A DNA stretch of 64,000 nt, taken from positions 1,776-65,775 of the forward strand of contig JBAWZC010000004.1 of the NCBI GenBank assembly GCA_037143235.1. The letters are read 5' to 3'. A program made the position numbers and the translations under genes. The notes under the pieces were generated by a model. It was not told the DNA's origin. It did no database searches and saw only the letters and a program-made list of their open reading frames with translations. Shown in pieces: positions 10,069 through 18,738 of this stretch. Source of the DNA: Candidatus Berkelbacteria bacterium. GTDB lineage: Bacteria; Patescibacteriota; UBA1384; XYA2-FULL-43-10; 1-14-0-10-43-13. Positions within the stretch are counted from its first letter, which is position 1. Every line of letters starts with the position of its first letter.

Positions 10069-11193
10069 ATGAAAATTTTAATAACATGCTACGCCTCTCA
10101 CGGAGGTAGCGGGACTTTGGCTACAGAACTAGGCCTTCGCCTTGCCAAAAGAGGGCATCAAATTCACTTTGTTTCTACTGAAGTTCCTTATCGTTTGATC
10201 GGTTCTTGGAAAAAGAATATTTTCTTTCACGAAGTAGAGACTATGGAATATCCATTGTTTGTAACTCAACCAACTGACTTAGCTCTAGCAAACAAAATAG
10301 CCCAAGTCGCCGAGCAATACAAAATTGATCTCATTCATGGCCATTATGCCATACCGCATTTTCCTGCAATGTATTTGGCTAAAAAAATGCTTGCTGACAG
10401 AGGTATCTCGGTGAAAACAATATCGACTTTTCACGGTACGGATGTTTACCTGATAGGTGAAGATCCAACATTGCGAGACATCGTCAAATTCTCGGCTGAA
10501 CATTCAAATGTCTGCACTACGGTCTCAAAGAGTCTGGCGACTGATGCCAAAGAGATTTATGGCCTTAAAAAAATGCCAAAGATTATTTATAATTTTGTCA
10601 CTATCACACCAGAAAAAAGAGGCAATAAAGAGCTTCGCGAAATATTTGCTCCAAAAGGTGAGCGAATTATTACCCATATGTCCAATTTCCGTGAAATTAA
10701 GCGAATTCCCGATGTTGTTCGCGTTTTCGCCAATGTTAATAAGAAAATCCCTTCACGCTTAATTCTCATTGGTGATGGTCCGGAGAGAAATACTGCTTAT
10801 AAAATTGCCAAACAGCTAAATGTTTTGACCAAAATTCACTTTTTGGGGCTTCAAACTAATATCGCCAAATTACTTTCTATCTCGGACTTATTCATATTGC
10901 CCTCAGAAAAGGAAAGCTTTGGTCTTTCTGCGCTAGAGGCAATGGCCAGTGGCGTTCCAGTTATTGCTACAAATACATGCGGTTTGCCAGAAGTAATCGA
11001 AGACGGTAAATGTGGATATCTTTCACCGATAGGCGATATCAAAAAAATGACTGACGATACTATCGAATTACTCACTAACCATGTCAAGTACAAAAAGTTT
11101 TCAGATCGATGCAAAACAATTGCTGAAAGCAAATTTGATGTCAAAAAGATTATCGATCAGTATGAAAAATTGTACAGTAGCTTGATAGGCTAG
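10069..11193 (+). CDS. GT4 glycosyltransferase strongly resembling BshA-type N-acetylglucosaminyl transferases
   Basis: MKILITCYASHGGSGTLATELGLRLAKRGHQIHF, LPSEKESFGLSALEAMASGVPVIATNTCGLPEVI and IDQYEKLY closely track the BshA family architecture. Confidence 0.75.
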   Translation: MKILITCYASHGGSGTLATELGLRLAKRGHQIHFVSTEVPYRLIGSWKKNIFFHEVETMEYPLFVTQPTDLALANKIAQVAEQYKIDLIHGHYAIPHFPAMYLAKKMLADRGISVKTISTFHGTDVYLIGEDPTLRDIVKFSAEHSNVCTTVSKSLATDAKEIYGLKKMPKIIYNFVTITPEKRGNKELREIFAPKGERIITHMSNFREIKRIPDVVRVFANVNKKIPSRLILIGDGPERNTAYKIAKQLNVLTKIHFLGLQTNIAKLLSISDLFILPSEKESFGLSALEAMASGVPVIATNTCGLPEVIEDGKCGYLSPIGDIKKMTDDTIELLTNHVKYKKFSDRCKTIAESKFDVKKIIDQYEKLYSSLIG

Positions 11194-11197
11194 TTTT

Positions 11198-12355
11198 ATG
11201 GTCAGAAAATATACCAGCAAAGTAGTTTATTATGCTAGCTACAATAGCCGAACTCATATCGGCACTTCTTTTACCTTGGCGAAACTAATGCCCGAAGTGT
11301 TGTTTTATGTTGTTACTGCTGAACTATGGCCATTTGGAGACCTGGATAATGTTATCGTTAAACAGATACGGCGGCCGAATTGCTCCATTAGGCTTGATAG
11401 TAAAATCTACCTACACACTTACGATTACGAAAAAGATTTGCCGAGTCCAGTATCATATCGAGAACATATCCAAGATTATCTTGAGATACTAAAGGATGTT
11501 GATCCCAATCTAGTTATCGTTGATATTACCTATGAAGTTGCCATCTGGAGTAAACTGTTGGGATATCCAACTTGTGTTTTTTATGAGACTATTGATAATT
11601 CTGCTTTGCGAATAAAAATTGCATGGGATAGCGTCGACTCAGTTTTGGTTCGATATCCCGAGCGCTTTGTCAAAAAAGTTGAGGGCAAGCTGCACTCTAA
11701 TATGGTTTTTTTGGGTGGTACATCTCGCTTTGATCTGGGCGAGAAAGTGCTAACCATTCCTTCAGTAAAAGATAGTCAAGAGACGGTCGTAACATTCGTT
11801 TCGAGCTCAAACGCACACGATAACTCGATGCGCAATGAGTATTTTCAACCGATTGTAGCCGCTTTGGCTCGATTGAAAAATTCGAAAGTTAATTTCTTTT
11901 ATCCGAAAAATGATGATTTTATTATCAAACAGCAAGAGAAGTATCGTCATATAAATTTTATCATTGGTGATTTTGACCAAATTGAGCGATTTATTGCGAA
12001 GTCAGATATAATTGTTTCTCCTGCTGGAATGGGGATTGTGATGGAGACATCGCTGTACCAAAAACCAATGTTATTGATTCCTGCCTTATGGATATATCAG
12101 GAACAAATGAATAAGGCCAAGATATTGCATGAAATTGGTGCCTGTCGTTATCTTGATCCGAAAGAAATGACAGAAAATACTGTCGAAGATGCAATATGTG
12201 AAATACTTAACGATGATGCCGTTCGAAGAAAAATGAAAGCTGCGCAGAAAGAATTAATTGATGGCCGCGGGTATTATCGTCTACGCGAAAAAATCACTGA
12301 ATTGCTAGCTAGTGATAAATGTATGAACAAAATTAGTATTGAGGAGAAGAAATGA
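11198..12355 (+). CDS. GT-B fold glycosyltransferase with a MurG/GT28-like C-terminal domain
   Basis: C-terminal SPAGMGIVMETSLYQKPMLLIP resembles the nucleotide-sugar-binding loop of MurG/GT28 C-terminal domains. Confidence 0.45.
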   Translation: MVRKYTSKVVYYASYNSRTHIGTSFTLAKLMPEVLFYVVTAELWPFGDLDNVIVKQIRRPNCSIRLDSKIYLHTYDYEKDLPSPVSYREHIQDYLEILKDVDPNLVIVDITYEVAIWSKLLGYPTCVFYETIDNSALRIKIAWDSVDSVLVRYPERFVKKVEGKLHSNMVFLGGTSRFDLGEKVLTIPSVKDSQETVVTFVSSSNAHDNSMRNEYFQPIVAALARLKNSKVNFFYPKNDDFIIKQQEKYRHINFIIGDFDQIERFIAKSDIIVSPAGMGIVMETSLYQKPMLLIPALWIYQEQMNKAKILHEIGACRYLDPKEMTENTVEDAICEILNDDAVRRKMKAAQKELIDGRGYYRLREKITELLASDKCMNKISIEEKK

Positions 12356-13401
12356 AAATTGGTGTAATCGCCCCGCTCGCTTATCCGATTCCTCCCAAAA
12401 CATATGGTGGAACAGAAAGTGTAATTTATTTTTTGGTCGAAGGGTTGGTTTCAAAGGGGCACGAAGTCACACTGTTCGCAACTGATGATAGTGAAACAAG
12501 CGCAGATCTTGATTCGACTTATGCAAAACAAATTACCGGTCTACCACTCGAAAGAAAAAACGCATTTCAGACCTTGAAAAGAATAAATTATATTGCATCA
12601 ATATCGGACAAATTTGACTTAATTCATAATCATGATGGTCTCGTTCCAATGTGTCAGTCAGAATATTTCAAAGTACCAATGGTAACGACCTCTCATACTG
12701 ACTTATCGAGGACAATTGGCGACGATGTAATACGACAAGAATTATTTCGAAATAATAACATCATCAGTATTAGCAATTCTCAAAGAAAAGGTTTCCCGGA
12801 AGCGAAATACATAGGAACTGTTTATAATGGTACCGTCAGTTTAGATGACTATAGTCTTGGTTGTGGTGGGGATTATTTGGTCTGGATAGGTAGATTTAAT
12901 CCATACAAGGGCGCAAAAGAGGCGATAGAAATAGCTAAAAAAGCTGGTAAAAAATTATTTTTGGCTGCGAAAATAGAAGAGGAAAATAGAGATTACTTCG
13001 ATCAATATATCAAGCCAGAACTAGATGACGATTCTATCGTGTACTTGGGTGAGATAGGACTACAAGAGAAAGTGAAATTGCTGATGGGCGCTTGGGCTTA
13101 CTTGATGCCGATAAGTTGGGACGAACCTTTTGGTTTAGTAATGATTGAGGCTATGGCTTGCGGTACTCCAGTAATTGCTTTCAATAGAGGGTCAGTACCA
13201 GAAGTTGTCGAAGACAAGGTGACTGGGTACATTGTTGATGAAGGGGACATTGACGCAGCGGTCGCAGCCGTTGGCGCCATCGACAAAATAAAAAGAGAAG
13301 ATTGTCGAAAAAGAGTTCAAGATAATTTTTCTATCGAGAATATGGTTTCTGGTTATGAGAGAATTTACGAAGACATTATTGCAGAACACAGTGGAAAATA
13401 A
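12352..13401 (+). CDS. GT4 (group 1) glycosyltransferase
   Basis: MKIGVIAPLAYPIPPKTYGGTESVIYFLVEGLVSKGHEVTLFA and EPFGLVMIEAMACGTPVIAFNRGSVPEVV (E-x7-E motif region). Confidence 0.8.
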   Translation: MKIGVIAPLAYPIPPKTYGGTESVIYFLVEGLVSKGHEVTLFATDDSETSADLDSTYAKQITGLPLERKNAFQTLKRINYIASISDKFDLIHNHDGLVPMCQSEYFKVPMVTTSHTDLSRTIGDDVIRQELFRNNNIISISNSQRKGFPEAKYIGTVYNGTVSLDDYSLGCGGDYLVWIGRFNPYKGAKEAIEIAKKAGKKLFLAAKIEEENRDYFDQYIKPELDDDSIVYLGEIGLQEKVKLLMGAWAYLMPISWDEPFGLVMIEAMACGTPVIAFNRGSVPEVVEDKVTGYIVDEGDIDAAVAAVGAIDKIKREDCRKRVQDNFSIENMVSGYERIYEDIIAEHSGK

Positions 13402-14326
13402 ATCGAAGTTAGGTCTGTTTAACAGGGTGATAAAATCTATCTCGTCGATAGAATTGTTTGTCGTGGACAAAGATGAATACCAAGAAATTGTCAGAGAGCA
13501 GATAGAAAAGGGGCTTCATAGAATAGTGGTTTTGGGAAAATACAAAGGGAAAAAAGCTGTTTTTCGACAGTATTCCAATAAAACTATCAAATCTAAACAG
13601 TTTTTTAATAGAGAGCTCACTGCACTGAAAGAGTTGGACGAAAATGGTTTTTCTGTGCAACCGAACTTGCTAGATTTTAGTATCAAAGATTTATGGCTCC
13701 TAGAAAGCTATGTTGCCGGGGAGGTCTCTGGAAACTTCTTTAATTTCTCAAAAAAATTTGTAGATAGGGTCAAGCCAAAAACGATCATTAAATATCTGAC
13801 AGAACTAAATGTACTAACTCCAAGTTTGCCAAAATATTCTTCGAAATTGATCAAAGAATACGAACAAAAGATTGAATATATTGTTGATCATTGGCCTTTT
13901 GATAAAAATGAGATCTATCCTTGGGCCACCAACTTCAGAGATTATTTGAAGAGAGCAGTTAAAGAAGTTAAATTCTGGCATTCTGATATAAATGTCGGGA
14001 ATATCATCACCAGAGGGGGGAAGATATATTTGATTGATTGGGAAAGTGCAAGATATGATATTCCATTTAAGGATTTGGCGGCGGCATATTATCGAGCTGC
14101 AGATTTCCCTAGCTGGCAAAATGATTTTCTGAGTAATTTAACATTAAACCAGCAGGATATGGTTATGTTCGATTATGTATATATGTTATATCTGTGCGAA
14201 GATATTTGTTTTTTAAATGATAGAGTGGGGAATAAAAAATATACCTTTAGGGAAGGTGATGCCTCAGAGACGAGAATAAAGGAAATTATTCGGAGAAATC
14301 ATAGGATTGTTAAAAAATTAGTATGA
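13355..14326 (+). CDS. Phosphotransferase-family kinase (aminoglycoside phosphotransferase or choline/ethanolamine kinase-like)
   Basis: FWHSDINVGNIITRGGKIYLIDWESARYD matches the HxDxxxxN...D catalytic and Mg-binding motifs. The track start overlaps the upstream gene by 47 nt; a GTG at 13427 is an alternative start. Confidence 0.6.
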   Translation: MREFTKTLLQNTVENKSKLGLFNRVIKSISSIELFVVDKDEYQEIVREQIEKGLHRIVVLGKYKGKKAVFRQYSNKTIKSKQFFNRELTALKELDENGFSVQPNLLDFSIKDLWLLESYVAGEVSGNFFNFSKKFVDRVKPKTIIKYLTELNVLTPSLPKYSSKLIKEYEQKIEYIVDHWPFDKNEIYPWATNFRDYLKRAVKEVKFWHSDINVGNIITRGGKIYLIDWESARYDIPFKDLAAAYYRAADFPSWQNDFLSNLTLNQQDMVMFDYVYMLYLCEDICFLNDRVGNKKYTFREGDASETRIKEIIRRNHRIVKKLV

Positions 14327-14892
14327 TCGCATATCTAAAAGGAAAAATTGTGCTGGCGAGTCAGGGTCGATTGATCATCGATGTTTCTGGTGTTGGCTAC
14401 AAAGTGATGGTCGCATCACAAAAAAGTCAAGAAATAGGCTCCGAGACTGAGCTATTTATTCACGAGCATATTCGCGAGGATGCCGACGATTTTTATGGTT
14501 TTGAAAAATACGAGGAGCTCGAATTATTTGAAAGATTAATTTCGGTTAATGGTGTTGGTCCCAAAGCTGGCCTTTTGATTATGGCAGCTGGTTCGGTCGC
14601 TGAGATAGTTTCCTCGATTCAGCTCGGCAACATTGCCTTTTTCAAATCAATCACCGGGATCGGCAACAAGGTTGCAGCAAAAATTATTTTGGAGCTAAAG
14701 GACAAGGTCGCCAATATTTCCGATGCCGAACTGATCGGTAATTTCGATCAGGAAGATGATGTCGTCGAAGGCTTGATCTCTCTTGGTTACAAAAAAGCAG
14801 AACTGACTAAGATTATCGCCAAGATTCCAGCTGACCTGACGGAATCAGAGGACAAGATTCGCTGGTGTCTCAGAAATTTATCCAACAATTAA
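14323..14892 (+). CDS. ruvA: Holliday junction DNA helicase subunit RuvA
   Basis: MIAYLKGKIV, GVGYKV and the helix-hairpin-helix region LISVNGVGPKAGLLIM. Confidence 0.85.
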   Translation: MIAYLKGKIVLASQGRLIIDVSGVGYKVMVASQKSQEIGSETELFIHEHIREDADDFYGFEKYEELELFERLISVNGVGPKAGLLIMAAGSVAEIVSSIQLGNIAFFKSITGIGNKVAAKIILELKDKVANISDAELIGNFDQEDDVVEGLISLGYKKAELTKIIAKIPADLTESEDKIRWCLRNLSNN

Positions 14893-14898
14893 ATCAGA

Positions 14899-14940
14899 AA
14901 TGTAATAATTAGTACGCTATAGCGTACTAATTATTACATT
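14899..14940. repeat. 42-bp perfect palindrome (AATGTAATAATTAGTACGCTAT / ATAGCGTACTAATTATTACATT) between ruvA and ruvB. Could be a terminator-like hairpin or a protein-binding site.
   Basis: Read directly. There is no strong T-tract after it. Confidence 0.6.
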
Positions 14941-15002
14941 TATAGACACAGAGGAAGGTATTATATTCTCGCTCTTTTCCATTTCTTTGCTATAATGCTG
15001 AT

Positions 15003-16046
15003 ATGAGTAAAATGAACGACGAAAATCTAGAGACAGACCTGACCAATCCTGAGGCACTTTCTCCTGATGATGTTTTTGAGTTGACCCTGCGTCCGCGCAG
15101 TCTAGTTGATTATATTGGCCAACCTCACATCAAGGAAAATTTACTGATCTTCATGGAAGCAGCAAAGCAGAGGCAGGAGCCGATCGAGCATTTGTTGCTT
15201 TATGGCCCTCCTGGTCTTGGCAAAACCACTTTGGCCTATATTATTGCCAATGAGATGGGCGTGAGCGTCAAAATTACCTCTGGTCCAGCCATCCAAAGGT
15301 CGGGTGATCTGGTGGCTATATTATCAAACCTACAAGAAGGCGATGTGTTATTTATCGATGAGATCCATCGCCTGATGAGAAATGTTGAAGAAGTCTTATA
15401 TTCGGCCATGGAAGATTATGCGATTGATCTAATACTTGGCAAGGGTCCGTCGGCCAAGTCAATGCGACTGAGCTTGCCCAAGTTCACTTTGGTCGGGGCT
15501 ACTACCAAATTTGGCTCGCTCTCTTCGCCTCTGCGTGATCGTTTTGGCGCCGTGCATCGCCTTGAATTTTATTCAGTCGAAGACCTAGCCAAGATTATCA
15601 AGCGCGCTGCCAAGATCTTGAAGATCAAAGAGATTGACGATCAGTCTATCACGGAGATCGCCAAGCGCTCGAGAAGAACTCCTCGAATCGCCAATCGTAT
15701 TTTACGCCGCGTTAGAGACTGGGCAGAGGTGAAAAATAGTGGTATAATCAATTTATCGATTGCGCGAGATGCAATTGATAATTTGCATATTGACTCGCTT
15801 GGTTTGGACCGAAACGATCGCGACTATCTACGGCTAATTGCTGAAAAGTTTGCTGGTGGCCCAGTCGGCTTGGAAACAATTTCAGCGGCTTTGTCGGAGG
15901 ATAAAGATACCGTCGAGGATGTTACTGAGCCATATTTACTGCAGCTCGGATTTATCAGTCGGACCAATCGTGGTCGAGTTTTGTCAGAACTTGGCTACAG
16001 CCATTTAGGTATTAATTCGCAACAGGGCCAGGCACCGTTGCTTTAA
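15003..16046 (+). CDS. ruvB: Holliday junction DNA helicase RuvB
   Basis: [12 protein letters not shown], the Walker A motif [14 protein letters not shown] and the arginine finger and sensor region. Confidence 0.95.
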   Translation: MSKMNDENLETDLTNPEALSPDDVFELTLRPRSLVDYIGQPHIKENLLIFMEAAKQRQEPIEHLLLYGPPGLGKTTLAYIIANEMGVSVKITSGPAIQRSGDLVAILSNLQEGDVLFIDEIHRLMRNVEEVLYSAMEDYAIDLILGKGPSAKSMRLSLPKFTLVGATTKFGSLSSPLRDRFGAVHRLEFYSVEDLAKIIKRAAKILKIKEIDDQSITEIAKRSRRTPRIANRILRRVRDWAEVKNSGIINLSIARDAIDNLHIDSLGLDRNDRDYLRLIAEKFAGGPVGLETISAALSEDKDTVEDVTEPYLLQLGFISRTNRGRVLSELGYSHLGINSQQGQAPLL

Positions 16047-16050
16047 GCCA

Positions 16051-16632
16051 ATGAATCGGGGGCAAAAAAAAATTCTAGTTCAAGTCTGTTGCGCTTCTTG
16101 CGCGGCATATGTAATCGAAGAATTGATCAAAAAAGATTTTGAGCCTATTTTGTATTTTTACAACCCTGAGATTCAAAACTCGGAAGATTATCAGAAAAGA
16201 TTTGATGATATATCTGCCTTTGCAGCAAAAAATTCAATTAAATTGTTAGTTGATACTTTTGATGGTGATTTCATTGAACAAACTACTCGGCCATACACAG
16301 CCAAAGAGTCACTTAAATATATTAATGACCTTGATCGTTATCGTCGCAAGCGCTGCAATCTGTGTCTGACAGAGATTATCTCCACAACGAGAATGCGGGC
16401 GCAAAAAGAAAAGATCGATATTTTCACCACGACTTTTCTTTGTTCGCCCTTCAAACCTCATCAGGAAATCGCGGCAATCGCTGACTCATTATCTTCCCAA
16501 AACCCAGTTTTCTACTATCAGGATTTCCGTAAGGGTTATTGGTCTGGCCGAAATTTCGCTAAAAATAACTTGAATTATATTCCCAAATATTGCGGTTGCA
16601 ATGATTCGGAAAAAGAAGGACGACTCGAATGA
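16051..16632 (+). CDS. queH: Epoxyqueuosine reductase QueH (DUF208)
   Basis: VQVCCASCAAYV, YFYNPEIQ, RCNLCL and YIPKYCGCN, i.e. the conserved Cys and Tyr layout of QueH. Confidence 0.75.
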   Translation: MNRGQKKILVQVCCASCAAYVIEELIKKDFEPILYFYNPEIQNSEDYQKRFDDISAFAAKNSIKLLVDTFDGDFIEQTTRPYTAKESLKYINDLDRYRRKRCNLCLTEIISTTRMRAQKEKIDIFTTTFLCSPFKPHQEIAAIADSLSSQNPVFYYQDFRKGYWSGRNFAKNNLNYIPKYCGCNDSEKEGRLE

Positions 16633-16850
16633 CAAATCTGAATACAAACCAAATTTTACTAATTTTTTACTCAGTTATTTTAATCGCTTTTTTTGGCGCT
16701 AGCTTCTTTCCGATCTATGATTTGTGGAGATTCGGGCACAGAGGAGATCGAACGAGAATTGTGACGATTATTTATGTCATGCTCTCATTGGCCGTCATCG
16801 CGATTTCGTTTTTCTTGATCATTACCAACCAATTATTATCTCAGATCTAA
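16629..16850 (+). CDS. Small two-TM membrane protein, hypothetical
   Basis: 73 aa with two hydrophobic helices. ATGA overlap with the queH stop. Confidence 0.35.
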   Translation: MTNLNTNQILLIFYSVILIAFFGASFFPIYDLWRFGHRGDRTRIVTIIYVMLSLAVIAISFFLIITNQLLSQI

Positions 16851-16852
16851 AG

Positions 16853-17707
16853 ATGGCTAAAGAAAATTTCAAAAATTTATTTCCAAGCCAGCGACGAGAT
16901 GAGAAGATTTTTATGATCATCCGCAAGCACTGGTTTGCGTATGTGCCGTTTTTTACTGCTGCCCTTGCTCTTGCTGGCGGTTGGGTTATCGTTATGTCTA
17001 TAATAATTGCCAACAATGTGAGTTTGGTTGGTACAGTCGGCATGTTGATTATTTTGGGGTCTAGCATTTACGGTTTATTTTCTCTTTATCTTTTTCTCTA
17101 TGGCTTCGTCGATTATTATCTTGATACATACATTATTACCGACCAGCGGATCATCGATATCGCTCAAAACGGATTATTCAGCAGAAAAGTCTCCGAATTG
17201 TATCTAAACCAGATTCAGGATGTGAGTACCGATGTTTCAAATGTTTTTGGTACCATGCTCCATTTTGGCGACATTATAATTCAAACCGCTGGCGAGCGGA
17301 CGAACTTTTTGTTTAACACTATTGGCCATCCATATCGAATTTCGAAATTGATTACTGATCTGCAGGAAAAATATAATCAGCCAGATAAAGGAGACGACAG
17401 TAGCACCGCGAAAAAAGCTTCACGCAGAACTAGTGGCAATATCAATGGTCGTAGTATTTCCAATTTGAAAAAAGTTGATGAAATTGAATTGGATAAAGCT
17501 GATCAGCGCTTGATAGACTGCCAGAACATTGAAAATCTCGGGATGTCTGCTGGCCAAATCTACGATCAGGTCAAAACCACAAAGACAGAAGTTCCTCCTG
17601 TGAAGAAAAAGCCAGCGGTAGTAAAAAGTATCAAAAAAGAAGAGGAAGAAGATTCCACAGATAACAGCAGAACTCTTCTTGAAGGGAAAGAGGTCAAAAT
17701 TAAATGA
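16853..17707 (+). CDS. Membrane protein with a bacterial PH (bPH_2/YdbS-YdbT-like) domain
   Basis: FMIIRKHWFAYVPFF plus two TM helices, then YYLDTYIITDQRIID and FGDIIIQTAG. Start chosen at ATG 16853 directly after the preceding stop; the track ORF begins upstream at 16724. Confidence 0.55.
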   Translation: MAKENFKNLFPSQRRDEKIFMIIRKHWFAYVPFFTAALALAGGWVIVMSIIIANNVSLVGTVGMLIILGSSIYGLFSLYLFLYGFVDYYLDTYIITDQRIIDIAQNGLFSRKVSELYLNQIQDVSTDVSNVFGTMLHFGDIIIQTAGERTNFLFNTIGHPYRISKLITDLQEKYNQPDKGDDSSTAKKASRRTSGNINGRSISNLKKVDEIELDKADQRLIDCQNIENLGMSAGQIYDQVKTTKTEVPPVKKKPAVVKSIKKEEEEDSTDNSRTLLEGKEVKIK

Positions 17708-18738
17708 ATCTGTCTGATTTCGATTACGATTTACCCAAAGAGTTGATTGCTCAGCATCCAGTCGATAAACGTGACGAGTCTCGTCTTTTGGTTTATTGTC
17801 AGAAGACCGAGGAAATTGCCGACAAGCATTTCGGCGATTTGATCGATTATTTGCACTCGGGAGATGTTTTGGTTCTGAACAATTCGAGAGTATTTCCAGC
17901 TCGCTTGATTGGTCAAAAAGCTAAAACTGGCGGAGTGGTTGAAATATTTTTGAGTCGAACAATCGACGAATATGTCTGGGAGGCACTAGGCAAGAATTGC
18001 AAAGTCGGCTCCCGAATTACTTTTTCTGACTCAGACCTCACTGCCGTGATCATCGAAAAACAGGACAAATTTGTCAAAGTTCGTTTTAGTCAGAGCGGAG
18101 ACAAGCTATTCGCAGAGATAGAAAAGATTGGCCACATTCCATTGCCGCCGTATATCAAGCGCGAAAAGGATGAAAAGGAAGACAGTGAACGATACCAGAC
18201 TGTCTATTCAAAAAATATTGGTAGTGTTGCGGCACCGACCGCTGGTCTGCACTTTACTGAGAAATTGCTCTCTGCTCTCCGCGCCAAGGGTGTTTTGATT
18301 CAGGAAATTACGCTACATGTTGGTCTGGGTACGTTCGCGCCGATCGATGATGAGACGATCAAAAGCAAAAAGTTGCATCTGGAGCATTTTTCGATTTCAA
18401 AAGAAACAATCGAACAAATCGCTCTGGCCAAAAAAGATGGCCGCAAGATCGTTGCTGTCGGCACGACAACAACTCGTGTTTTGGAATATCTAGCCGACAA
18501 AATTATTGCTACAGTTGATCACGATATTGAGGGGTCGACCGATATTTTCATCCAACCGGGCTATAAATTCAAAATTATCGATGCTTTGGTGACGAATTTT
18601 CATTTGCCTAAATCTTCTTTGTTAATGCTCATTTCTGCTTTTGTCGGTCAAGAAAAAGCACTCTCTATTTACAAAATAGCGGTTGAAAGGCGGTATCGCT
18701 TCTTTTCCTACGGAGACGCGATGCTAATACTGCCATGA
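17704..18738 (+). CDS. queA: S-adenosylmethionine:tRNA ribosyltransferase-isomerase QueA
   Basis: MNLSDFDYDLPKELIAQHPVDKRDESRLLV and AAPTAGLHFT. Confidence 0.9.
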   Translation: MNLSDFDYDLPKELIAQHPVDKRDESRLLVYCQKTEEIADKHFGDLIDYLHSGDVLVLNNSRVFPARLIGQKAKTGGVVEIFLSRTIDEYVWEALGKNCKVGSRITFSDSDLTAVIIEKQDKFVKVRFSQSGDKLFAEIEKIGHIPLPPYIKREKDEKEDSERYQTVYSKNIGSVAAPTAGLHFTEKLLSALRAKGVLIQEITLHVGLGTFAPIDDETIKSKKLHLEHFSISKETIEQIALAKKDGRKIVAVGTTTTRVLEYLADKIIATVDHDIEGSTDIFIQPGYKFKIIDALVTNFHLPKSSLLMLISAFVGQEKALSIYKIAVERRYRFFSYGDAMLILP

